In this document: positions 34,701 to 46,000 of the stretch, piece after piece | Layout of the letters: each line of letters opens with the position of its first letter | Numbering within the stretch: position 1 is the stretch's first letter | NCBI GenBank assembly: GCA_004431415.1 | Contig: QPMI01000056.1 | Location: 124,001-188,000 of the forward strand | Length of the DNA stretch: 64,000 nucleotides | Direction of reading: 5' to 3' | DNA from: Cyanophora paradoxa CCMP329 | Lineage: Eukaryota > Plantae > Glaucophyta | Program-made: the position numbers and the translations under genes | Notes under the pieces: model-generated | What the model saw: the letters and a program-made list of their open reading frames with translations, nothing else | The model's database searches: none | Told to the model about the DNA's origin: nothing

Positions 34701-37462
34701 CGGCCTCGTCTCCATCCTTATCTGCGACTCGGGCGTCCCCGACGTCGCTTACAAGTACGATACTCCGGGTTGCTACGAGGTAATGTTAAGTTTACGTTGT
34801 GTGTTATAATAAATTCAACGATGCATGACATGTACACATCTCGCGCCCGCGCGCAGCTTGACTACACAGACTCGGCATATGGAATGACGTTGAATGTTGC
34901 GCGTCGCGGCTTTTTCACGAGCACAGCCTTTCACACGCCAGCGACTTTGAAATGGGTCGTCGTGTCGAGCACGTCACCAACGAACTTTGGCACGCGCGCT
35001 CTCGCATTCCAAAGTATTATATGGTTTGGCGGTGCGCATTATAATTAATAGAATCTTTTGTCTTTCGTCTACCCCCACGTGCACCCACCCACGTGCCCCT
35101 CCCCCCCTTCCCCCCCCCCCCCCCCTCACTCCCCCGCGCACCTCCGCACCCACATGCATGCGTACGGATCAGAACCCCTACTGCTTCGGATCGTCCCACC
35201 GACGTCATACTCCTGCACCATCGGCCAGCCCTGCGTGATCGCCTGGAGCTTGTATCTGGCCTACGTGCAAGTGATGCTTCTTAATTGATGCTTCTATGCT
35301 CATGCACCCCGCCAGCGCCATTCCGAACTAGCTTTCCTGATACCAATTAATATTATATAATTAGCTCCTGATGCCAACTTTTCCTATGAATGTATATATA
35401 CGTCCGACGGTCTTTCCTTCGCGCAGAAGGCGATTGCTACTAAAGTGACAAGCCCTGCTTCGGTCACGATCAACTCGAATATGTGGTGTCTGTACTGTTC
35501 CGGGTCCGGAGCTGCTCCGGATCCGGCATCCGGGTGCACCCTAGCGCGCGTTTGATGGCGCCTCATTTTGCATGGAGTCGTCATTCATTCCGCACAGGTG
35601 TAAAGTTTCATCATCGGTGCGATTCAGACTCGTGTACTTGGAACCGATTGTCAGGCGCTTTATTCAGAGAGAATCTCCAAATATTGAGCTTCTTCACGGT
35701 CCGATTCTGGTGATTGCAACGTTTGGTGATTGGAACCTTGATTGCAAGCATACAGAAATGCCGAACGAGCTCTGTTCTGATGACATTCAATGCCCAACTC
35801 CGGTTGCGTCGCCGTCGCCGTCAGCTACACCGACGGAGCCGTCCCCGATGCCGGCACCGGCGCCGTCGCCGTCGACGTCCCCTTCGGGCGCCGTCAACGG
35901 CCTCCCCTCCACGGAGCCGAGGCCACGGAGCCCACAGCGCTAGCGACGCCGGCGCGCACCCGCTGCTTGCAATGATAATGATATCGATAATGATAATGAC
36001 CGTTCCCGACGCACTTTTACAGACTTTGACTGCGGCGCCTTCACCCACCCCGCGATCCGACGACGCTGCTCCCCTTCCGCCGCTCGTGCGCTGTCGCACA
36101 CTTTCGAACGATTCCTCACGTTTATTCTCAGCTCATGATCGTGCAGGATTTCCTCAAGCGGGGTCCGAATTTCCGAGCTGCCTTGGGGGCTTTTTGGGCG
36201 AGACTCTTTTCGAGTTTTTGTTGTGGATTCCTGAGACTGCAGCTTATATAGTAATCGCCCTCCCAGATCGCCCCAGGAAATTTCACGAAGACCAAGGACA
36301 GAAACGGCAACTACATCTACAGAATCGAGCTCCCCATGTTGCTGGTCATCATCCCGCCGGTAGGCCTCGCGCTTCCCTCTGCAGCTGGATCTAGATCTTC
36401 GAATTTTGCACGGCCCCGCACTGCAGTTGTCTGACTCCAGCGTGCGTCCAGTCGACGTCCGGCTCGATAAGGGTGGTTGCGATCCCTGTGGTGGGCAATC
36501 CCTGTTGAATGCATATATGTAAACGCCTCCCATCTTGAAGTTTACCGGATTTTCCGCGCGCCTGCAGACCGGACTCCTTAAGGCGACCGCCTCTCGATCT
36601 GTCACCACACATCGCGGTCGTGCGCTCTCTCACATGCGCAGCAGGCGGGACAACGGCTGAGGGTGATTGTCGAGAGCGACGCCGACGCCGGGGACCAGCG
36701 GGAGGCGGCCGAGGTGGAGGTCGCCGATGCAGACGTCGACGGCGCCCTGCAGACCGTGCTCCGATTCCGTGCGCCCGTTAAACGTTCCGAGGCTCTAGAT
36801 CCCTCGCGATCGGCATCGCAGCGGCTGCTGCAATCAGCACCGCGGCCGCTCTAGATTTAGATCTAGATCCGACGATCCCTCGGCCTTGAGGATGCATTTC
36901 TAACCGCTGCCTCCACGGCGATCGCGATTGCGAGCAGTGCCGCCGTCCCTCAACCGGCGCCGCGTCCTGTTCGCCTTCCAAGCCGGAAAGAAGGCGAGAA
37001 ATTGCAATGGGGAAACATGTTATGTTATTTGACGTCCGCGCGCCCGCAGTACGACCTCCGCGTCGAGGCCGGCCCGGGCGAGCCTCCGTTCGTCCCCCTC
37101 GTCTTTGGCGGGGTCCGTCCACTCGCTTCGCATTTATTCGCAATTCATCTTTGCGATAATCCAACTATTATATTACTATAATTAAGTAGCGGTCTCACAA
37201 GACCGCTCTCCTGCCCCGCAGGCCGTCCAGTGGACTCAGGGCACCGCGGCCGGCGTCCTAAGCGCGCCCTGGCCATCCCTGAACGCGGCTCGTGGCCCAC
37301 CCCCGGTTCGCCAGCATACATATATCATAGTATTGGACTACTTTGCGTCCTAGGCCTCGCAGCGAGCCCTTACGATCGACTATTATCGCGCAGAATATGT
37401 GGGGCTGGCTCTTGAGCTTGGCGGTTGTCATTTCCTGCTCGTTTTTTCTGATTACCATTTGA
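30168..37462 (+). CDS. Large putative surface protein: signal peptide, WD40-like propeller, three copies of a Cys-containing two-part module, Pro/Ser/Thr stalk, hydrophobic C-terminus
   Basis: Signal-like GLALGICLAFIVDVAAAHA; WD40-like VSISPDGSHVATSG..VKVW, TLRVWDLR and SVRTWSL. Three copies each of KWVVVSSTSP..F.TR, C..G..C.I.W and AT...SPA.V.....W..(F/Y)C. Stalk PVASPSPSATPTEPSP; last exon NMWGWLLSLAVVISCSFFLITI-TGA. Apparent 1-nt deletion at ~35920. Confidence 0.6.
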
Positions 37463-37719
37463 GCGGTTCATCAACGTTTCCTGCTCGTTCATCAACGTTT
37501 TCTGCTCCTACACCGCAATGGAATTTCGAGGCCCGTTTACTGCGTATACAATGTGAATACTGAATACGAATTAATTCATAAAGTCTTTCGCCTTGCAATC
37601 CTACGGCTGTCTGTCGGTTTTGTTCTGTAGAGCGCCATTTATGAACCTTGGATGGGCCCCTTGAATTTTGTCTGGCCGGGCGCCGTGATGGGACCGGGCC
37701 GGGACCGGCCCCGACTCAT

Positions 37720-37900
37720 GATCACTGACCCACTACTTGCCGCCAGTGCCACGGTGATGCGGGGTCTCCCGGAGTCCGGCTGCGGGGACGTCGAGCGAGC
37801 GGCCGGGCCGCGGACGGTACTACACGGCGCAGGGCGAGCGCAGAACGGCGACGACGCCTCCCGACGACGAAGCAACGGGAAGGCGACGGGACCGCGGCCA
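37720..37900 (+). pseudogene. Degenerate inverted copy of an exon (plus upstream intron end) of the gene at 24839-26967
   Basis: Reads VMRGLPESGCGDVERAA/YYTAQGERRTATTPPDD, matching MRGLGGAGCADVERAASQYYTAQGERRTATTPPDDD at ~25190-25340, with a frameshift. Confidence 0.75.
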
Positions 37901-38141
37901 ATTGCAAGGGCTGTTTTGTGTCGGGTCGTCGTGTCGAGGCCCGGCCGCGGGCCCAGCCCCAGAAAATATTGCAATTGCCACAGTGCCCCTACCTCGACCT
38001 CCCTCCTCTATAGCTAAGCTCGAAGGGTCGGCTGCCGCGCGCGGGGAACCACCTTCTTACCTGGCCGGACCTATTCGAGCAAAATTTGTTTCAAGCTCGA
38101 AGGCCGCGGGCACCTCCCGACCCCCATTCCTCCCAATTAAT

Positions 38142-38142
<1 letters not shown>

Positions 38143-38220
<78 letters not shown>
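38143..38220. repeat. (CA)39 microsatellite
   Basis: Direct reading of the sequence. Confidence 0.97.
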
Positions 38221-38223
<3 letters not shown>

Positions 38224-38623
38224 CGACCCCTCTATCTGCTCTCCTCTCCAAGCGCTTTTCCCGCAAAGCGGAGCGTATAGACGTATCGAAATCACTCGAT
38301 TTCAAGAATTGAATTACAAGCTGATCATGAAGGCACGTCGCGATCGATAGAAGGAATCGTCTCCGGCCTCCCTCACGTTCCCCCCCTGCAGCTGATCATG
38401 ACCTCACCCCCTGCACGTTCCCGATACCCTCCGTCACATTAAAATATTTCCTTCCTGACCCCTCTATCGATATCTCGTGCTCTGATCGACCCCTCTCCAA
38501 TATTATATTAATATATATCTCTCGCTCCCATCAAGGAGAGGGCTTCTCCAAGCGCTTTTCCCGCGCAAAGCGGAGCGGTCAGATCGTAGCGGTGGAGCAA
38601 TATTAATATCTCGATCGCTTTGA

Positions 38624-40712
38624 ATGGCGAAGCGAACAGCGAAGCGCGCGCGCACGGAGGCGCCCTCGTCCCCGGCGCGCTCTTCTTTCCCAGCAGCGGG
38701 CATCTCTTCGTCAGCGCTAGCAGGCGCAGCGGAGGCGCCGACGGGCGGGAGCGGGGGCGGCGCGGGAGAGGCGCCGCGGCCGCGATCGCGATCAGCGCAT
38801 GCGTTCAATCATTTCGCGCGGCTGCCCGACGAGCTCGTGCAACGCATCTTCAGCAATATTGAAGCAACGGAGGCGTACGAGACGTGCCAGCTCTGGTCGC
38901 TGAATCGTCGGTTCAGCCGGCTCCTGCAGGGCGTGCAATGGCAGCAGCTCCGTGTCCACGATGAGCCCTGTGAGAGACTCGATGTCGATATCTCGTTCGA
39001 AACGCAGAATCGTTGCGCCCGAGTCACATCTCGCATCCGAAGCGGGGCACTGGCGGGATGCCGCAAGCTCATCATCGGCCCATCTCCAGCAGATCCATGG
39101 CGAAATCAATCGTTTCCCCAGCAAACATTAACGAAGGAGAAAGTGCAGGCGTGCTTTGACGGCGCCCGCTCTCTTGCAGGTATCTGCATTATTTGCCATC
39201 ACTCCAGAGCTTTCCACAAACAACTTCTATCCATGTTTAAAAATCAGACTTGGCAATGGAAAGATAATTAAATGATTTGCGTTCTGACGGTCGCTCTGCG
39301 CAGAGACGCTGGCGGCCCTGGCTTCAGCGGCTTTACCGCTGGAAACAATCCACTTCTCGGGCAGCTGGCGAAACTGGCCGGCAACAGCGACGCAGCGCCA
39401 GGCCGGCATTGCCGCACCGAATGTCTTGTCTCTTGAGGACGTCGCATTGGACTTTCTGACAGCGCTGCACCCCGCCCCTCTTCGATCGCTACAACTGGAC
39501 GACGAGGAGCTCACCTCAGCTTTCATCGCTGCTGCCGAGCAGCATTGCCTCCCTCACCTCCAAGAGCTGCGCATTAAAAATAAAGACCTAGGAGCTGAGC
39601 ACGCGGTTCGTGCTAGAATGAGCCCTCTTTCAGTCAATTCTAATTTTGTGCAGGCGAAGCTGGTGGAGGTCTGGCCCCGCCTGCGGGAGCTATCGTGCTA
39701 CCTGAGCGATGGGCACGCACTGCGGAACTTGGCCGCGCTTCCTCTGGAGGACCTGCGGGTCCTTTGCTTCTCATATGCCGGCCTGGAAGAGGCTCTCGAG
39801 GCACTCAACGCCGACTGCGTCCGGGAGCTGGAAATGGACGGGTTTTTCTTTGTTAGCTCCCGACGTGTTTTCGCCGCCATCCTCCGCTTCCGCAATCTGG
39901 AGAAGCTCTCAATCAAGGTTCGTCTTAATTCATGGTTGAATTAGTCTCCTCGGGCCTCCATGACTTCAACTTGGTTATATGTTGGGCTTAACCTGGGTCC
40001 CGTGCTCGTTCTCGTGCTCATTCAATTCAATTCTGGACCCAGGTCGATCACACGTCCAGCGATGCCCTCGCGGACCTGGGGTCTCTTACAAAACTGCGTT
40101 CTCTCGAGCTTCAACTTTCTGTGCGCCCTGCTCTTTGCTTCATGTCCTTTCGCCCTAGGCCCAGATTAATGTGCAGCGCAGATACGAGCCGCCCCCGACG
40201 GAGGCGCGGGCCTGCAGCTGCTGCAGGCTGCGGCTGCAGCGGCAACGGAGCTGTCCGCCGCCCCTCGGTTCGAGTCGTTCGCTTTGACGGTCGACGGGGG
40301 CGGCCCAGCGGGGCCCGAGATGGACCCCGGCAGCCTCGCGGCCCTCCTGCGCGCCTCCTGGCCCAAGCTCTTCCGGCTCGAAATCGTGCAGGTTCCCGCC
40401 GCGGCAGAAGTCATGCAGGTCGGTTTCTCCCTCGGAAGACTTTTTGAGAATTGTGAGCACCGCCAGCGCTCGCCTCTGATTGCCCTTTCGCAGGAAATCG
40501 CGCTGGCCCCTCGTGTTGCTGTATATATGATTCTTAGACACGCGTTTGCAGAGAATGACAGCCTCAACAAGCTGCGCGTCTTCAGCGAGCTGCTCGGCTC
40601 GTCAGCTGCCGGCCCTGTCATCGCATTGGACATCAAAGTCCCCGTCGCGCTTTTGGATCGGGCGCGCGCGATTCTCATCGGCTGGTTCAAGGCCAAGAGA
40701 TCTCAATATTAA
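38624..40712 (+). CDS. F-box protein with divergent leucine-rich repeats, multi-exon
   Basis: Basic N-terminus MAKRTAKRAR; F-box FARLPDELVQRIFSNI....C.L.SLNRRF..L; LRR-like PLRSLQL, LPHLQELRI, WPRLRELSC, PLEDLRV, FRNLEKLSI and LTKLRSLEL. Confidence 0.78.
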
Positions 40713-40809
40713 TCTTTGTCAATGATGTCAACCTGCAGCTCAGCTGCAGCGGCTGAGAATTTTAGACTCGATGCATCATCTGCCTCGGCCTTTCTGAAAA
40801 TCTGCGTCG

Positions 40810-42665
40810 ATCAAATCATGCATATTCGAATCAATACAAGAGAGTCCCTTCGGAGCAAGAGTGGGTCTGTAATCTCAATGATCTTGGGGCTTCAAGGCAT
40901 GAGGGGGATCGCTCTTTGTTTTTAAACGGGAGCCTGCAGCTCAGGGAGGGGGAAGGAGAAATAGGAGGGGGGACACTCGGCAAGGGTACACGCTCAAGCG
41001 TACTAGAAGTACAAATGGGTACCTCATTTCGAATTTTTAAACCTTATTTCGAATTTTTCCACAGAACAGGGACAGACCTAAGGGCCTCGCCTTTCCCCAG
41101 GGCCGATTCTCTGTCTCTTAAATTCTTCGAAATTGCAAGAATTATTAATATTGCCCTTCGATTCAGAAGTTATTTGTGTTCGAATTCGTGTTCCTTGCGA
41201 TCCGTTTCTTTTGCGGTCGCTTTAGGTTTGTATACGTATCGATATCGCGCGATCGGAGTATATTTTATATATAGCAGTATACTGAGTTCTTGAATTACTT
41301 TGACCAGTCAAAAATCGCTGGCATGCATGTCATTTAAGAAGCTTGCGCTACACCGACTACAGCGACCCAGGCTCCACCTCCCCGGCTCGCTCGTTCTATT
41401 TGGGGGGCTCGCTCGTGGGGAATTCGAATGGACAAAGGAGGCGGAAACTCCGGGACTGGGCGGGCCGGGGGACTGGGGCCATGAGCGCGCCCGTGGGTGT
41501 AGACGCAGGGCGTGGGGCTTAAGCTTGACGCTTGCAATCGACGAGAGGCTTGGCGGGGCTTGGCCGGCGGGGGCGTCGCCGCTGACTGGTGAGACGTACG
41601 GGGCGGCCGCGCCGCGGCGGGGCGGCGCCAGGGGAGGGCGGCGCCTGGCAGGGCGCGCGAGGGTGAAGTGGGGGCCGCGTGTAATCGTCCATTGAAGGTC
41701 CGGAACCGGTACCCCCGGGCGTGCCCGAACCAGCCGGGCGGCCGGGCGGGCGGCGGCAGAGACCGAAGCCGGCGGCCCGGCGGACCCGGCTGCATGGGCG
41801 CGCTAGTACTTGCAGACGCCGCGCAGCTCGACGCGGGCGGCGGGGAGCAGCCGCCGGAACGCCGCGAGGGTCCCCAGCTGCTCCGGCTTCTTCCGGTAGG
41901 TCTCACTCAGGAGGCGGATCTGCGGGGTACGTGAAGGCACATTAGTAAGGGGTGGGGTTTACATGCGAAGGGCGCGGGGGTACGGGAGCGGCGCGGACCT
42001 CGAGGCGGGCGCCGAGGGGCGCGAGGGCCGCGAGGACGTCGTACCCCGGGGGCACGTCGCCCGGGTAGGAGGGGAGGGGGAGGGAGAGGGCGACCGAGGC
42101 GAGGGGGGGCCCGCGGGTGGCGAGGGCGGCGAGGTCGCCCGGGGCCGGGGGCTCCTTCACGGCCAGGGCCAGGGACCGCAGAGCCGCCCCGCGCCGGCGC
42201 CCTCCAGCAGCGGGGACAGGGCGCCCCCCGGCGGCCCCGTCACGTCTGCACACACGGGCGGGCGGTCAGAGGGCGCCAGCGGGTCCGTGAGCTCCGTTGA
42301 ATGAAATGGGCCGCGCCGGATTCGAGCTCGAGGCGGAGGGCGGCGAGGGGCGAGCGGCGGATGGCCTTGCCAATTGCACGGTGTGAGACCAAGGCGCCCG
42401 GGGGGGCGTGCTCCAGGAACAGGTGAGCCTCCCTGAGCTTCCGAATCTGTCTGACGGTCCCGGGTAACTAGTAATTATTAATGCGCCCCGCGTGGTTGCA
42501 ATTATATTGTCACCAGCTTGGGCCTCCGTTTAAAAACAAAAAGCGAGCAACCTCATGGACACGCCTTCATGCCCCCAGCTCGACCCCAATTGTTGAGCCC
42601 CATGCCTGTCCCACGAAACCGCTTCAAAGATGACTACGTATACTGCGCCATTCATGATCGATATC
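40810..42665. mobile_element. Candidate decayed long-TIR (Mutator/foldback-like) element carrying a gene fragment
   Basis: CATGAGGGGGATCGCTCTTTGTTTTTAAACGGGAGCC (~40898-40934) is an imperfect inverted match to GGCCTCCGTTTAAAAACAAAAAGCGAGCAACCTCATG (~42521-42557). Weaker similarity extends ~100 bp outward. No TSD identified. Confidence 0.4.
41803..42420 (-). pseudogene. 5'-truncated fragment (last exons) of an LRR/F-box-type gene
   Basis: Exons ALRSLALAVKEPPAPGDLAALATRGPPLASVALSLPLPSYPG...LGARLE and IRLLSETYRKKPEQLGTLAAFRRLLPAARVELRGVCKY-TAG with an intact GT-AG intron. There is a frame break near 42190 and no start or upstream domain. Confidence 0.55.
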
Positions 42666-43068
42666 AGCGCGCGCCCTCATGACGAGGCGTCGACATGCCA
42701 TGATGTGCATGACTGCACGAGGACCGTTCAAAACGTGCAATCTACGCCCTAGAAGTCGAACTGCAACCGACAGCGCCTGCAATATATATCGATCTCGCCT
42801 TAAGCTTAACTATAAAAGCATGCACGATCATCGGATCCTCTCAATAAAGATCTGAATCGAAGACCTGAAGATGAAATCGTATCTGAATCTGAATCTGATC
42901 CTATAAAGGCGAAAACGAATCGAAGATCCGATGATCTGGAGATGAAAATCGAAGATCTGAAGCTAGATGAAATCCTTTACAGGGCTTGATATCAGATAAG
43001 GATTATAGATCTAGAAAAGTCTAATCATATTTCAGTGAAGTCGTCGTAACGCTTGTGCAGGTTATTTT

Positions 43069-46000
43069 TCAACGTTTCGAGTTTGGGTTTCGTTCTTCCG
43101 ACTTCGAGTTCTTCGTCCGGGACGGCGCGCTAGCGCTCTCGCGATCGGGCTGCATCCGCCTGAGCCCAACGTCGACGGCGACTCGCGACCGCCCCGTGGG
43201 GGACGAGCCCGATCGCAAGGCCACCCGGTCCGGGGCGGGGGCCAACGACGGCGCGCGGACGGAGCCCGTGCTCTCGATCGATCCCGAGGATGCGGCGACA
43301 CGGTCGGCGTCGCGGTCGCGATCGGGGACGTTTCGTGAAGGGGTCCGCGATCGCACCGGCTGGACCCGATCGCGAGCGGCTGGCGCTGAACGCGGCCCGC
43401 GGTACCGGTGGAGCCCGACCCGCGGGCGCCCGCGGGCGCTGTCGGCGTCGACGTCGGCGGAGGGCGGCTGCGGCGCGGAGCTCGCCTTGTTGCTCGCGAT
43501 CGTGTCGACGGGCTCCTGGGCCGCGGGAAGCTTACGGGGCGCTTCCGCCTGCTTTCCGGCCGCGGCCAGCTTGGACGTCACACCGGCTGCATGGACAGGC
43601 AGCGGCGCTTGCATTGATTTGACCTCCCCCTCGGCCGGGCTCGACGCCGCGGCCGTTGCTCCGGGACCATGAGCACGCAGCTCCGCCAGACTGGCGACGG
43701 CCTCGTCATGTGCTGCGGCTGGCGGCAGCTGCAGACCCAGCGCGGGGGCCGGTCGCGAGTTGCGGAGCGTCGCGCCTGTTGACGACGCGGTCACAGAAAC
43801 AAGGTCCGCGCCGGGGAACGGTCGGGCTGAGTCGTCCAGCGCTTTCTGCCTCGCGAGTGCGCCGGCCAAAGAGTGCGGCGCCGGGTCGAACTTGGGCGGA
43901 CGAGCTGCGATCGCCGTAGAAGGTTGCCGCCGTTTCTGCTCGCCACCGGCGCCGAACTTGACGCGCGTGGCAGCAGGCGGGGGCGGGGGCGGGGGCGGGG
44001 GCGGGGGCGGGGGCGGGGGCGCCGGAATTGGTAGCGGGGACTCGAGGGCCGCGCCCAGCGCCGCGGCCGCGTCGCGGAGTGCGCTGTTCGCCGGGTTCGC
44101 GCTCGTCACGGAATCCGGCGGAGGCCTATAGCTAGGGGGCTCCGCCGGGCCATCGTCGGCGCCAGCCCACAGCGGCGCCAGCGCCCCGACCCGCTCGGCA
44201 GGGCGAACATCGCCGAGGCCCTGCGTGTCCAGGAACTGTGCCAGCATCGGCAGGTTCGCGCCCGTGTCGGCGGGCGGGAGCACTAGCGCCGTGCCCACGC
44301 CGCGCGGCACTGGCCGAGGCGGCGGCCCCGCCTCGAGCGGCTCGTCGCAGGCGGAAGAGACGCTGGCGCGCCGGAGGAAGGCGCTCGCGCGAGCGACCCA
44401 CGAGCGCCGCCGCCCTCGAGGGTGCTGCCCGAAAACCTCACCCACGTCGGCGATAACGACGGTCCGCATCCCGGGGGCGAGGGCGCTGAGGTGGTCGACG
44501 TCGCTCGACACTTCGGAGGCCGAGCTGGTCCCTGCGATCGAGCTTTTCACGCCGACGAGCGCCATCTGCAGCGACTCCCGGCGCGCCAGGTACTTCGCAA
44601 ATCTCGGGTACCGCTGCGAGGCGAGCCAATATATATGAGGCGAAGATAATGTGACAAGAGATCTAGACCGCTTCGGCTCGCCTGCATGAGCTGCAATAGG
44701 GCAACGTAGGCGAGGAGCATCTGGCAGCCGATCTCGACGGCGCTTCCCCCGAGAGACGACAGATCGGCGAGCATATCCAAGAACGAGGAACGCTGCACCC
44801 GGCTGACCTGCACGCGACCCGATTTAAAGTCAAATTTCGCGATCGGGTGCGGGCAAGCGGCCGTTTGCGCGGGGGAGAGGCACCCTGACGTGGACGTCGC
44901 TCAGCTCGAAGGCCGCGCGAAAAGCAACCGACTCGCCCGCGCAGTACGGGTGCGACAGCGGGAGCGTCACCGAGCACAAGCTCTGCCGGCGTGCGTTAAA
45001 ACCGCGACAACCTTGAGCAAGTACCGCTGGCGATAGGCGAGTTCCACGCACAAAGGATTCCTCCTCGGCCTCGGCTTCCCGGTTCGACGACGGCCAGAGC
45101 GACGCGTCGTAACGCGGACTCCCGTCACGCGCGTCCTGCGGTACGTTAACAGCAAAGATCAGCAACTGGACGCGAAAACAGGAGCGCGAGTTTTAATTTC
45201 GCACCTCGAAGTGGAGCGGAACGAGGGAGAGAGGTGCGACCACGGGTCGGAGGCCGCGGAACACACCGAGCGCGGCATCCGATCGGGTGCGGACGCGCGC
45301 CCGGACCGTCAAGTTCTTCGGCACCTGGCGCCCAAGCCCCGTCAGCGGTGAAGCGGTCGACAACTTTGGCGATGTGCGCGCCACCCGCACCTCGATCGTG
45401 TACGAGATGGCGACGGCGACGGCCATCCGTGAGGCAAGGCGCAGCTCGACGGAGACGTTCGTCGCAGCCGACAGCGTGCAATTCCGACACATCCAGTCCA
45501 CTCTACAGAACCAGGGTCATTCGATATCGAGCACGCGTCTCGATACACAAGGAACGCACATGCAAGCCCGCTGTGTCTCGTTGTAGAACGCTGACAGCAG
45601 CGGCAGTGACTCTGGCTCGTCGTCCACCGGCGCGATGCCGCGGAAAGCGGCAGTCGCACCGATCCACAATGCATCCGACACGTTCGCAGAGCCCGACGGG
45701 TCTGGCGATCGCGAGCCTCGCACGGTGCATGAGCCGGGGTACCCCACGAACGCTGCTCGGACGGCAAAGACGCCGGAGATGCTGGCGGCTGATGGGGACG
45801 CGCCGCCGAGGAGCGTCTGGAGGACCGTGTAGTTCGCGAGCGCGTACTGGAGGACGACGAACGCCGCCGCGATAACGAGGAGACCCAGGCCGGCGATAGC
45901 GAAGATGGCGCCGCCGGCGCTGATCACGTCCGACGCAGCCTCCAAGTCCTCGTTCTCTGCCAGCACCTGGTCGATCGCGTCGCCGTACAGGACGTTGATC

